From the NCBI GenBank assembly GCA_900088475.1, contig FLMG01001208.1, positions 1-47,953 of the forward strand: a stretch of DNA of 47,953 nucleotides, in the 5' to 3' direction. Below are positions 12,958 to 25,200 of this stretch, piece by piece; position 1 is the first letter of the stretch, and each line of letters starts with the position of its first letter. The stretch is from Hyphochytrium catenoides. Its lineage: Eukaryota; Protista; Hyphochytriomycota. The position numbers and the translations under genes are program-made. The notes under the pieces were generated by a model, which did no database searches, had not been told where the DNA came from, and was given only the letters and a program-made list of their open reading frames with translations.

Positions 12958-13818
12958 TCTGCCATGTCTGTGCTGTCTGAAGACTCATTACCTTCTTATT
13001 TCTTACACGTGCAGTCCCTCACTCACGCTCTCCTCCTTTTCTTTTCTCTCTCTCTCTCTTCTTGCTTTCTCTATGTTGTTTCTCTCTCTCTTTCTACAAG
13101 TAGTTTCTCTCTCTCCTTTCTCTTCTCTCTTTCGCTCTCTCCTCTCTTCTCTTGCGCGCGCTCTCAGTATCTCTCTCTTTTCTTCTCTCCCTTTCTTTCT
13201 TGTCTGATCTGAGCTTTCAGTCGTTGCCTAGCAACCATTTACCTTCTTCTCTTAGGCATAAAAAGCCAACCACGATGGTGAGCAAGATGACTCTCTAACT
13301 TCTCTATGACCTTTCCTGTCAAATAAAATACATCTGGCTAAAGGTCAACTCCTGTCCTGTCTGTTGTTTAGTCCGTCTCTCTTCAGCGTCCTGTCTTTCT
13401 TACCTCTCTCTCTCTCATTCTCTCTCTCTCACATTCTCTCTCTCTCGCGCGCGCGCTCTCTCTCTCTTACTCTCTCTCTCTCTCTTACTCTCTCTCTCTC
13501 TCTTTCTCTTCCTTTCTTCTCTTTCTTTCTCTCTCTGCCCCTCTCTTTCTCTCTCTTTTCTCTCTTCTTTTGCTGAGCGCTCGAGCTAAAGACATTTCTT
13601 TTTCTCGAATAAAAAAGTTAGAAGTGACCACGGGCCGTTAGTATCTTACTTCTTAGTCAATGTTCAACTCTTTGGAGAGAAGGTCTTACGGCTCTCTTGC
13701 TTTGCATCTCTCTCTCTCTCTCTGTATCCACTCTCTCTCAGCCTCCTCGCCACTCTCTCGCTCTCGCTCTTTGTCTCTCTTTCTCTCTCTCTTTTTTCTT
13801 CTCTCTCACCGCTCACCA

Positions 13819-16800
13819 TTATCTCTGGACAGCGGCAAGAATCTGGAGCGCTTCCTCGCTCCAAGGATGTCTCGCCATTGATGCGGGCACCTCAGGAAAT
13901 TCCATTGCCGCGACCTCTTGCAGCAGAGAAATGCCAGCTTCTCTCCTTCTCTTTCTTTTCTCGTCTCTCTCTTCTTGCGTTGTGGCTTCCTCTTCTCTCC
14001 TCTCAGTCTCTCTCTCCTGTTCTTTCTTTCCTTCTTCCTCCTGATGGAGCTCCACAAGGTATTTCCCCATTTGTACCTTCCAGACAGGGACAAGAATGTC
14101 CTCTGGAGGCCGCTGTCCCTCTTCAGCGGTGGAGAAAAGAGAGAGAAGTCGGTCTAGGTCTCTCTCTTCCACAGGAAGAGACTGCTTTAGCGCAGCTTCG
14201 ATGCGGAGAAGAGCCACTTCGACCCTGAACGTGGCCTTGTCAGGGCATTCTGAAGCTTCCAGAAGCTCCTCTCCTTCCTTCAGCCACTTGGCGATCTGCT
14301 CAAAGCCCGCAAAGGAGAAAGAAGAGAGAGAAGGAGAAAGAGAGAAGAGGCGCAGATGACACTTGGCCATCTCTCTGTAGCCTCTCCCGATAAACTCAGG
14401 AGGAGGAGGCTGTCTCTTCTTCAGATCTGGGACACACTCCTCTAGCTCCTTCAGAGCTTCTTCGTAGAGAGGAGGAGAGACAAGAGTCAAGGCTTCCGCC
14501 AGCTCGAGAGAGAAGCCTGAGACATGGAAAGTAGTGTGCTCTTTCCCATGAGCCACGGCTTCTCTCCCTCTCTCCACCGCCGAGTCGTACTTCTTCTCTG
14601 CTATCGCGATGCTTATTCTTCGAGACATAGGGAAAGTCACAACTCCATAGCTTTTCAGGCTTAACATGAGCTTAATGGACTTCTGCAGGAGCTCTTCTGC
14701 TTTGCCATAGAGCTTTAGGCCGAGATAGGCAAGAGCTAGATCGTCCTGGAAAATAGCAGTGAGAAGATGTGGCTGGACCACAGTCTCGAGACAGAGCTCG
14801 ACGGCTTTCTGCAGACATTCTTCCGCTTTCTCATACTCTCCCAGGTCAGAGTGAGCGATCCCCATCATGCGGTAGACGTACATTGAGATCTTGTCTCCGC
14901 GGACTGCGTGGTGCGTGACAGTGAGGAAAGAAATGGAAGGTGTGAGAGAAGAGAGTGTGAAAAGGAGACGAGAGAGATTTAGAGGAGAAGGAAGAAGAGA
15001 GATCCGTCTCAAGACCATTATAAAAAAAGGAGCGAGGAAAGAGGCAAACAGAGAGAGGGAAAGAAAGAGAGAGAGAGAGGGACGGAGAGAGACACGGAGA
15101 GAGCGGACGAGAGCTTAAGTCACGGAGGAGAGACTAAAAATAGAAAGGGGATCAGCAGGGAGAGGAAAGAATCGGAGGAGAGAGAGAGGATCAGGTGAAG
15201 AGAGAGAGGATCAGAGGAAGGAAGACACGAGATCAGAGAAAGAGAGACAGGATCAGAGGAAGAGAGACAGAATCAGAAGAAGAGAGAGAAGAGCTCATCT
15301 ACCTGCGGGTATCAGAGGTACTATCCCTTGCAACACCTCTATCCCTTTCCTAAACTCATAGTGCCCAACGATCATTTCCTGCGCCAGCCTGATGGACGCC
15401 ATAATCCGAAGTTCCTCTCCTCCTCTCTCTCTCCCTCTCTTACTCTCCAGCACAATCTCAGCCAACTCTCTCGCCCCGCGACTGTTCCTTGCCGCCTTGG
15501 TTAGCGCTATGCCGGATTCTAAGAGAAGACGGAGAAAGTCTTCGTCTGTCTCTTTGAGAGAGAGAAAAGCTTCACTTCCGATGGGAAACTCTTTCAATGT
15601 GATCTCTACGAGGGCCATCGACGCCTCGTACTCCTGGCTTTTGTTAGCAAGCGCCGTCCAAAGGAGCAGGCCCATCGGGACTGGGACCTCGTGTGCCTGT
15701 ATCACAGCCATGATGTCTGGAGAGAGGCAGAAGCGGAGAAGATCTTCTCGTCTTTTCTTGGCTTCCTCTTCGTCTTGTGATGTCTTCTCTCTCTCTCCAA
15801 TAATCGCTTCTGCAGGTAAAGGCTCGCTGGACGTGGCCTCTGGTGCGTCGTGCTCTTCGTCTCCTTCCCTCTCTCTCTCTTCATCTTCTTCTCCCTTCTT
15901 TTCTCCTCTCTGTGCTTCCTCTTCCAAGCTCTCTCCGCCTGCTGCCTCATTGACATTTCTGCCTTCAATCTTCTTCTCGGATAAGCCGTAGAAGTCAAGC
16001 AGCAAGCTCCTTGCCCGCGTAGGTTGAGAGAGAACGATGGTGGAGAGCCAAACAGCCGACATGTAGCAGTCGACCCACTCAGCATAGAGACGTCTTCTTC
16101 CTCTCTCTCCTTCCTTCTTGTCTTCTTCGTCTCTTCCCGTCATTCTTATCTCTCCCAGCAACAAAGCGTCGCCCTTACCCTGTGAGGAGGTGGCATCTTC
16201 TCTTCTCTCTTCTTGTTGGGCTGCAGGAGCATCCTTTCTTTCTGCTGTGCCGTTGTTAGCGCTGTCTTCTGCTTCTTTAGTCTCTTCTTTCTCCTCTGCT
16301 TCTCTCTCTGGCTTGCTAAGTGCCAGCGCGCAGTCAATCCACTGTGACACCTCCTCAAAGGTCTCGAAGTCCATCAATTGCTCGACAAATCGGCGCTTTA
16401 GTCTACTCTTTAGAGCGCGGACGACTCGCCGGAGCACTGATGACCTAGGGATCTGGCCCGAACAAAAGAGGAGCGTGAAAGAGAGAGAGCGAGAGAGAGA
16501 GAAGAAAGAAAGAAAGCGTGAGCGAAATATATTTAAGGGAGGAAGAAGAAGAGAGAAGTGAAGAAGAAGCGAGAGGCGAGAGCAGAGGAAGACAAGGAGG
16601 CAAAGTAGGAGAGCTAAAGGTTAGCAGAACAGAGTACCGCAGAAACAGAAAGAGTGAGAATAAGTACTAGAGAGACAAGTTTCCAGAAAGAGTGGAGACA
16701 GCAGAGACAGAGAGAGATTAGAGAAAGAAGAAGCGCGTCAGGAACAAACAAAATGACACACTGCCAGCAGGCAGGAATGAGCTTAGAAGATGCAAGAACA

Positions 16801-19768
16801 GAAAAAAAAAGACAGGAGAAGAAATGCCGCGATAGAAAGAGACGGACTAGAAAGGGAGAGAAAGAGAGAGACAGACCTCAGTAGAGAACCGACTGGTTGT
16901 ACGCCAAATATGTCGAAGAGCGCGCTGTGTCAACTGATGGATGTACAAGGAGCCCGAGGAGGAAGAGGAGACAGAAGAGAAAGAACTCTTCACCAGGCCA
17001 CTTCCCTCGAGCTTCTCCAATATTACTGAGAGTCTCTCCTCAGCCGCTCTCTGTCTCTCTTCCTCGTTTTCTCCCTGTTCGTCCCCACTTCTCTCCCCTA
17101 CCTGTCCCTCCTCTGGCTCTTCTCTCGGAGAGAGAAGAAGAGACTTGAGAAGTCCGAAAGGAACCCCTGACGGGCTTAGAAGACTGCAGGCAAACAGAAC
17201 AAAGAGAGAATCAGGGTCCAGAGCCATCTGCTTCAGCTGAAGAGAGACAGAGGTCTCCAGACCATACAAACGGCCTCCATGTATGCCAGCAGAGAGAGAG
17301 AGAGATGAAGAGAGAGAAGAGGAGGACGAGGAAGAAGGAAGGAGCCCTAGCTTCCTGGTGTCCGTCTTGAAGTGCTCGATGGCTGCTTCCAAAGACTGAG
17401 CTCGCCTAAGCAAAAACCCTAACGCAGAGACAGCAAGAGGACTATTCCCCAGCACTCGCTCTACGAGAAGAGAGAGTTCTTCTCTCTCTAGGAGAGAATC
17501 GAGCGCTTTCTTTCTCTCTTTCTCTTTTGCACTGCTCCTGATAGGCTCACGAGGCAGAGCCTCTCCAAGGACAACCGCCCTAAGTAAATGTATGGAGTCC
17601 TCTGGAAGAAGCGGGCCGACCTCCATCAAAGCTGTGTTTTTCTCTATAGAAACCTTAGGCTTGGAGCAGGTGGTCAAGAGAATGACGCCGCGGCTAGCGC
17701 CGCCACCGTCTTCTGCCGAAGAAGAGAGAGCTTGAAGGAGCTTCTCCATCTCTTTATAGCTCAGACTATCGGCGTCGTCAACAGCGAGGAACCAGCTTTT
17801 ATATTTTGAGAGACCTTTCTGCACGAGAGAGAGAAGTTTTTCAGGAGAGAGATCGTTGTCGGTGGAAGGACAGCCAAGAGCAGCAAGAAGAGAGTAGAGC
17901 CCAGCAGACAGAGCCGTGATGGATGAGCCAGAGAGCCAGAAGTTGACTTCAAAGTGACTCTCTTCCTCAATGTCTTTCGCTATCTTCAGTGCTAGCGTGG
18001 TCTTTCCTAACCCAGGCTGTCCCCAGAGAACCACCATCTTCTTCTTATTAGTCTTCTCCTCTTTTCCTGTCTCTTTCTCTCCTCCTCCGCTGAGCTCTAC
18101 TATCTCCTCTTTCACCGTCTTCAGGAGAGATTCACGGCCTACGACCAGACGTGGAGCATTCTTCATAATGCGGATTCGGTTCTCTCCTCCGCCTCGGTCA
18201 GAGCTCTTCTTCGTAGAACCTTGCCGGGCAAAAAGTGAAGGAAAAGAGAGGGAGATAGGTGGGATGCCTGTCTTCTCTTCTCTCTCTCCAACTCTTCTCG
18301 TCTCTTTCCCTTCTTCTTCGGCTCCCAGGGGTGGTCTTTCCTCCTGTTTATCATCCCTGCCAGGCCGTAGCTTGAGAGTCAGAGCTAGGGAAGAAGTGGG
18401 AAAGGAAAGAGAAGCTTTCTCCTTCTTCTCTCTTTCTTCCAATCTACAATCAGGTCCTAACCAAGCTCCATTATTGAGAATGTCCCCAAGTTTTCTTAGA
18501 GAGAGAATGTCCTCTTCTCTCGCCTTCGAAACCTTGAGCAATGCTTCTGCAGCGTAGAGCCACTCTTTGACTCTCTGAGAGTGGCACTCTGTCTCTCTCC
18601 TGGTAGAGTGATAAAGACTTGCCCTCGCCTCTAGCAGAAGGTCCAAAGTAGACATCCTTTTCTCTCCTCTGTCTTCCTCCTCTTCTCCTTCCTTTCCAGA
18701 TAGAGGAGACACAGAGGTCGTACCTCCTGTTCCTCCTTTCTCTCTTCTCCTCTTCTCTTCCTCCTGGCAACAACTGTCTCTTCCCCTCCTCGCCTTCTCT
18801 TCTCTTCTCTCTCCTCCTCCTCTCCTAGTGCTGACGGTCGTCAGTGGCCTGACATTGCAGTTCGTGACCTTGAAGATGAGCTGATGGCGCTGCTCCACGC
18901 GCAGATAGTCACAAAGGCTCTTGAGATCAGTGATCGGAGTTTTCTCAGGTAGCAGACCTTCTTCCTGGACGTAGCGGAAGAAAGGCACGGCTGTCTCTTC
19001 TAGGAGAGAGACCATTTTGAGAAGAATGTACAGATAGAGTTCTGCTGGAGTGCGGAGAGAAAGACTCGTCTCATTATCGGAAGATGGAGAAGAAGAAGAA
19101 GAAGAGAGAGAAAGAGCTAGCTGCTCCTCTTCTTTCTTTTTCTCTTGTCGCTGCAGCTGTCCTGGAGCGAGCAGGAGAGAAGAGAGAAGCACGGGCACCT
19201 GGCGGAGAAGAGCTTCTCCAGCGTGGAGACCCAGGAGAAGTTCTTCCGCCTTGACAGACGAGAGAGAGTGAGCGACAAGGTTCCTGGTGTGGAGGAGAAT
19301 CTCCATATGATCATTCACAATGACACTGAGAGCTTGCGGCGTCTCTGCCATCATCTTGCCATCCGAGGAGAGAGAAGAAGAGAAGAGAAGAGACGATGAA
19401 GCAGCGGAAGAGAGAGAGAGGTGACTACGCTCTTCATCTCCAAGATGTTGAGGAGACGAGAGAGAGAGAGAGCCATCTTTCGCTTCTCTCTCGTGCAGGT
19501 GCTGCTGGATACGGACCTTAAGCAGTTTGCACAGCCTATAAGTGTCCAAGAGAGAGCTCTCATCTCTTTCTGCTACATTCTCTCCTTTCTCACTTCTTCT
19601 CTTGTCTTCCAGAAGAAGACGAGAGAGCTCTGGCTCGAAGGAGTGCCGGAGGAATGCCATGAAGCGAAAGAGAGCCATCTCTTTTCGAGAGACTCTCTCC
19701 TCCACATGATTGGAAGTAGAAGATGGAGAGATGGGAGGAGAGAACTCTGCAATGCCTTTCTCAACCAT
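13819..19768 (-). CDS. NLR-like STAND protein: unknown N-terminal helical region + NB-ARC NTPase + TPR repeats, ~1,708 aa; exons 19768-16877, 16452-15303, 14903-13819
   Basis: Motifs in the expected order: VVGRE, P-loop VVLWGQPGLGKTTLA (~18000-18035), Walker B WFLAVDDAD, sensor-1 GVILLTT, GLPL-like GNSPLAV and MHD-like YIHQL. Exon 3 has kinesin-light-chain-like TPRs (MGIAHSDLGEYEKAEECLQKAVEL...DLALAYLGLKLYGKAEELLQKSIKL). The three ORFs join with phase-matched GT-AG introns (phase 0, then phase 1) and total 5127 nt. Confidence 0.85.
15148..15291. repeat. Intronic minisatellite, ~20-bp unit (ggatcagaggaagagagaca-like), about 7 copies
   Basis: Repeated (g/a)atcag core followed by purine tracts, inside intron 2 of the NB-ARC-TPR gene. 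Confidence 0.7.
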
Positions 19769-20057
19769 TGCTTCCTTGCGTAGTAGGCTTCAAACGAGAT
19801 GAGAGAGAGAGAGAAAAAAGAAGGAGAGAGAGAGAGAAGAGACCAGAGAGAGGATACTAGTACTAAGCCGCAGCCGCCGGATGTCGCAGTCTCTTTAGCT
19901 ATGCCACATGAGGAAAGAAGAGAAGAGCTCGTCCAGTCCTTCGTCTCTCGTTTCTGCTTCGCTCTTTCTCAAATGACGGGAAGCAGCGCGGCAGGAAGTG
20001 GCAAGCTTCACTCTCCTCTTTCCTAGCCTCTTCTTCCTCCCTCTCTCCTCTCATTTG

Positions 20058-20096
<39 letters not shown>

Positions 20097-20391
20097 GGGT
20101 GTGTGTGTCTCTCTCTCTCCATCCCTTTCTCTCTGCCTCTCTCTCTCTCACACTCTCTCTCTTCTCTCTCTCTCTCTCTCCCTCCCTTTCTCAAGGCCCC
20201 GCAATCCTCTTTCTCTATTCCCTTCTCTCTGTTTCTCTCTCCCTCTCTTATTAGGACGCAGGGTTTTCCTCTCTCTATTTTCCTAGCTCTCTTTCTTCTT
20301 CTGATGAGTGATGAGAATCAGAACCCTGAACAGTTGGCGGAGGAGGTGGTACGACCTATGGCGGCTGGCTCTATTTTCCGTCTCTTTGTCT

Positions 20392-20422
<31 letters not shown>

Positions 20423-20663
20423 CCTATCTTTCTCTCAAGGCCCGTCTGATTCTATAGCTCTCTCTCACTCTTTCTCCCCTGTATCTCCTCTCTCTCTCCC
20501 TCTCTCTCTTTCGTCTCTCCTTTCTTCCTCAATCCTACTACTGTAGTCCTCTCCTTGCCATCTCGTCCCCACTCTTTCTCGTTGCCCTTCACTACTCTAT
20601 ACTCAATTCCAATCATCTCTTATCTCTCTGTCTTGCCATCTCGCGGATGGTGGTCGCCCCTGC

Positions 20664-20948
20664 TGACCCCCTCTATCGTCGCACCGTTTCCAGCTTATTC
20701 AGACCGCTAACCGCCATCCGGTAGCATTAAGACATAATCCCCCTTTTGACTCCCAGAGCTATCTTCACGGTGGTATTATAAGGCGAAAGAAGGGCTAGGA
20801 TCCCCCCGTTGACCCCCTCTATTGTCGCACCGTTTCCAGCTTATTCAGACCGCTAACCGCCATCCGGTAGCATTAAGACATAATCCCCCTTTTGGCCCCC
20901 AGAGCTATCTTCACGGTGGTATTATAAGGCGAAAGAAGGGCTAGGATC
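20664..20948. repeat. Near-perfect tandem duplication, 146-bp period (copies 20664-20802 and 20810-20948)
   Basis: tgaccccctctat(c/t)gtcgcaccgtttccagcttattcagaccgc...gaaagaagggctaggatc occurs twice with about 3 substitutions. Confidence 0.95.
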
Positions 20949-22240
20949 TGAGGGCATATAGGAGAAGAAGGAGAAGAAGAAGGAGGAGAAAGGGGAGAAG
21001 AGGAAGGAGGAGAAAGGGGAGAAGAGGGAGAAGAAGAAGAGGAGGAAGATACAGAAGAAGGAACAAGGGGAGCCACAGAGCCTTGGTCTTTTCATTCCTC
21101 TATCTTTATTCTCCACACTCCTTATCAGAAGAACAGGAAGGGTCATAGTTGACCCCCGCATTATTCAACAATATCAAGAGGAGGAGGAGGAGTAGAAGAT
21201 AAGGCACAATGATACTATGAGATTAAACTCGTCAAGACAAGAGAAAAAGTAACAAAGGTGGTCCATCTGCTGCTGAAGAGGATTGAAGAAGCGCATTTCC
21301 TCCATGGATCACAAAAAAAGAGACTCTTCTCGGTGTCGTGAAGAAGAGCGCAAGGTATCGCCGCCAAAAAACGATCGAGACCACTGACCACCGTGAGGCC
21401 GCCGCCGCCGGGCGGGAAGCCTCATCATCAAGAAGTGAAGGGAAATGACTGAAGCTTCACAAGCTGCTGCTGCGCAAGGCATAATAATAATAATAGCAGC
21501 AGCCCCTACATAAAGGCCTTTAACATACAGCAGCAGCCTGACAACAGACAAACGAATCTCATCCTTACTTCTTCAACTTGGCTTTTTCTCTTCCTCTAGC
21601 GTTGTTTGATGGATTCTTATTTTTGGAATATTATCCAAAACAGAATATATTCTACCCTTTGGGTGAAGGTTCTGCAGGGGTTACCGCTCAGGATCGATTC
21701 TACCTGTGGCATCCCAAATTTATTAGGTTCGGGTGGCTCCGATCCAAAAACCGAATCTTCGGATCTGCAGGGCTCCCCCAGGAGCTGGACGGTGGATTCT
21801 GATTCTTATCACGTGGGAAGCTCTTCTGACGCGTTCTTTTTATAGAAGAAAAACACGGCGTTGATCTCATTGTGCAGATCTCTGTTGGCAGATCTTCCCG
21901 TCCTGTTGATCCCAATGGCAGCTCTCCAAGGGGACGCAAGGCTCCGTTAGCGCACGTCTCATTCCCCATCTCCTAGGCGCTTGACGTGTCCCGGTCTTTG
22001 ACTATAAGCGATCAAACAATGTGTGCGACGACCAGCACTCCATTGGAGGAAGAAGAGCGAGCTTCGCCATGGATCGGCTTAACCAACCTCAAACATAGGC
22101 GGTAAGGACACCCTTGCAACCCTTGACAACCATCCGCTGACGGAGATTAAGGATAAATATTAGGGTCTCCCGCGCCACATAGCGTGGCCGCCTTGAGGAC
22201 TACTGTTGGGTCAGAGGCAGCTTGAAACAGTGGCGGCACC

Positions 22241-25200
22241 ATGTGGCTGCAGGACCTTACAGTGCAGCGGAGCGAGGAGCTATCTCGAGTTCTAAGCAAT
22301 CTTAAGAAGGGCTGGGAGCAGGAAGATGACACTGCTTTGAATGACGGGCTGCGGGAGATCCTGCATCTTCATAGGAAAGTGGCCTATAACCCTTGCCACT
22401 ATGAAGCTATTCCTACAGATGAAGACCTCTTCTTCCGGATGTTCGAGCAGACAGAGGGACCAATGTTATTGCGCTACTACCTCCTACGAAAGCTACGGCC
22501 TTTTCTCTTAGGAAGAAAGAGCGACTCCGATCTGCCTTTGGTAAATGACGGTGAAGAGTCCAGAGAACCTGGAAGAAGAGAAGAGCTTGCAGGAGAAGAA
22601 GACATTGGGGCAAGCGATGAGGAGGAGAAGTGGCTGGGAACTCATGCAGGAGCTCTGATGGAGCGAAAGCCAGGAGAATCATTGTCTACCTTCTCTCTAG
22701 CTCTCAGCGTCTTTCAATGCCTTGGCGACCGGGAGACACCAATCTTCTCCTTTCCCCTCACTCCTCCTGGCACTCTCTTCTTTCAGATCCACGGAGCGAC
22801 TAGTGCCCCCGACGAACAAGGATTAGAAGAAAAGTATGAGTTCTTGAGGAGAAGAAGAGATGACAACGTCACAGGGGACCCAGAGGAAGGGGAAGAGACT
22901 AAAGAGTATGAGTGCAGGCAGGCGAACAGAGACAGACGCGTGGAAGAGTTAAGACAGAAGGTAGAAGCGAATAGAAAGACAGCGATGGAGAGAGAGCATC
23001 AGCAACAGCAGCTCTATCTGGGTCTCTTTCGCTTCATACAAGTCTATAAGAAGGTCTTGCAACGAGAAGCAGCGGTTCATATCGCTCAGCAGCCAGAATC
23101 AGGGCTGGAAGCGGATAGAGGAGACGGCATTCTTGTCGAAGACCGGGAAGGAGATGCACATCAGAGCCCTGACCAGGTGTTTCTGGCTAGAGAAGGTGAG
23201 AGAGGATCAGAAGGCGAGGGAAACGGCAGCAGCAGCGATGGAGAAGAGTCAGAGGCGAACGCAGAGGAGGAAGAGGACATGGGCGCTGAGGATCTAATGG
23301 ACGACGCTGTCCCTGTTGGAAGCCAACGTAGTAGAGAAAGAGAAAGGGAAATTAGGAACAGAGCCTCCGGTCGTCCTCCCTCCTGGATGTCGGCCATCGC
23401 CGATGTCCTTGAAGCGCTGGTTCGGCTCCTTAGCTATAGAGGCCGCGTAGGCCCGTGCCAGCATTTGCTCAAGACCCATGGTCCACAGTTCTTGCAGCTG
23501 TGCATTGAGATGCTTAAGGCCAAGTGTAGCCACCGAATGCATCGAGTCAAGAGGGCGATCTTTGGCTTCTTTGGTCTCTGTCTCTCTGAAGTCCCAAACC
23601 TTGTGGCACTGACCGGCCACATTCAAGAGCAAAGCCGTGAGACAACGTCATTAGGCGGAGCCACGCCAATGGCTCCGCATTCGAACTCACAGAGCTACCA
23701 GGATGCCAGGGAGACAGAGTCTTATAAGCCTGCCGAGTGCCTGACGCATCGGGAGAGGGCTGTTCACCTTATCCTTGAGCGGTTTTGTGACTTTGTTCAG
23801 GAAAATGATGACCGGCCGTGGATACTTGATGACTTCAGGAATCCCGTACATGCGATCTTAGAGGACCACCATAAGGCTTGGTACTCCCATCTCATCGGTG
23901 AGAAAGGCCAGACAGAGCAAGACGAAGGAGGGAGCTCTACCAGCGAGCGGTTCTCTGTACATAAGAACCGTCTCTGGGATCTTCAGAGTATACGTGCATG
24001 CCCATGCCAAGACCTGGTACTGCGCCTACTGAACGGGGTAAGCGAGGAAACTTTTAGCAGGGTTCTGTACCGCTTCTTCTTTATCTCCATCCATGAGGAT
24101 GGCGAGACAGGAGACGGAGAGGCAGCCATGCTATTCGTAGACAAGATCATCGCGATCTTGAACGCTCCTCCAACTGAGGAAAATGTATATGCAAAGCTCC
24201 ACATCATGAAGACACTTGCCAAGCATGAATACGTCCTGATCAGCTTCTTGCCCTCCTCAAAGAATCTAGGTTTGAAGACGAGTTCAGTGGCGGATAGAGG
24301 GCCGCTCATCTTCTCAGCTGTCATCCGCCTTCTCTCCTCGTCTGAGCTGGAACAGCAATGGCCTGTTGAGTATCAAAGCCTGATGGAGTACGGCTATTTC
24401 ACGCTGCAGTACTTCGTTCAACACGAGAGACTTGGGGAGCTTTCTATAGAAAGAAGAGAGGAACCTTCCGGCTTTCTGGCAAAAAGGCCAAGCGGGCAGC
24501 CGAAGGATTGGGACATTGCAGCTCTTGTGCAGTTTCTAAGGCGAGAGATGGAGCTCACGAACCCACAGTTTGCCTATGGAGACTTAGGAGTAAGAGACAT
24601 ATTGATCGCTGGAATCTGTGGGAAAGGAGCCAAGGAAGGGACGCTGGAGGCCTTCTGTTTCTCTCTCCTTCTCCGGCCATTGAGAGACGAAGACGACCCG
24701 ATGGACCTTCATCCATCGGTGCTCTTAGCCCTGACTCAGATGACGGCGCCTGAAAATCCTCTGCGAGAGTATATTATAGAGATGCTCATAGAGCAAGGCA
24801 TCTTCTCACTTCTATGCCGGCTATTGGTCTCATATTTGGATAGAGTCTTTGCGGTTGCCACTGCCTATCTGCATGGGGAACAGCTCCTGCAATTGGATGA
24901 GAATGGGAGACTGAGTCTGGACCAGATCCTCTTCGTGGACTGGGGAGGTTTTTCTAGTGCAAAGCACGGACTCTCTGGCTTGGTAAACTTTCTCTCTGAG
25001 AACCCGTCTCTCAAGGCGGAGGTAGACAAGGAGATTAAGAAGATGGATGAAACCAGGAGGCTGTCCGAGGTTCTCTCAATTTGCATGGAAGAGCTAATGG
25101 CGCTGTTTGACATCGCTACTGGCTCTCAATGCACTCGGTTCCTTTGCAAATGCACAGAGGTCTTACTGCTGGTTAAGCGGCCCTGGACAGAAGCAGAGGG

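Noticed and set aside
12042-13207. ORFs of 128-256 aa spanning N runs
   Set aside because: Their length is an artefact of reading through assembly gaps.
8390-14360. Many short ORFs rich in SLSLSL or ERERER
   Set aside because: They are translations of (TC)n/(GA)n microsatellites or antisense shadows of real exons, with no domain motifs.
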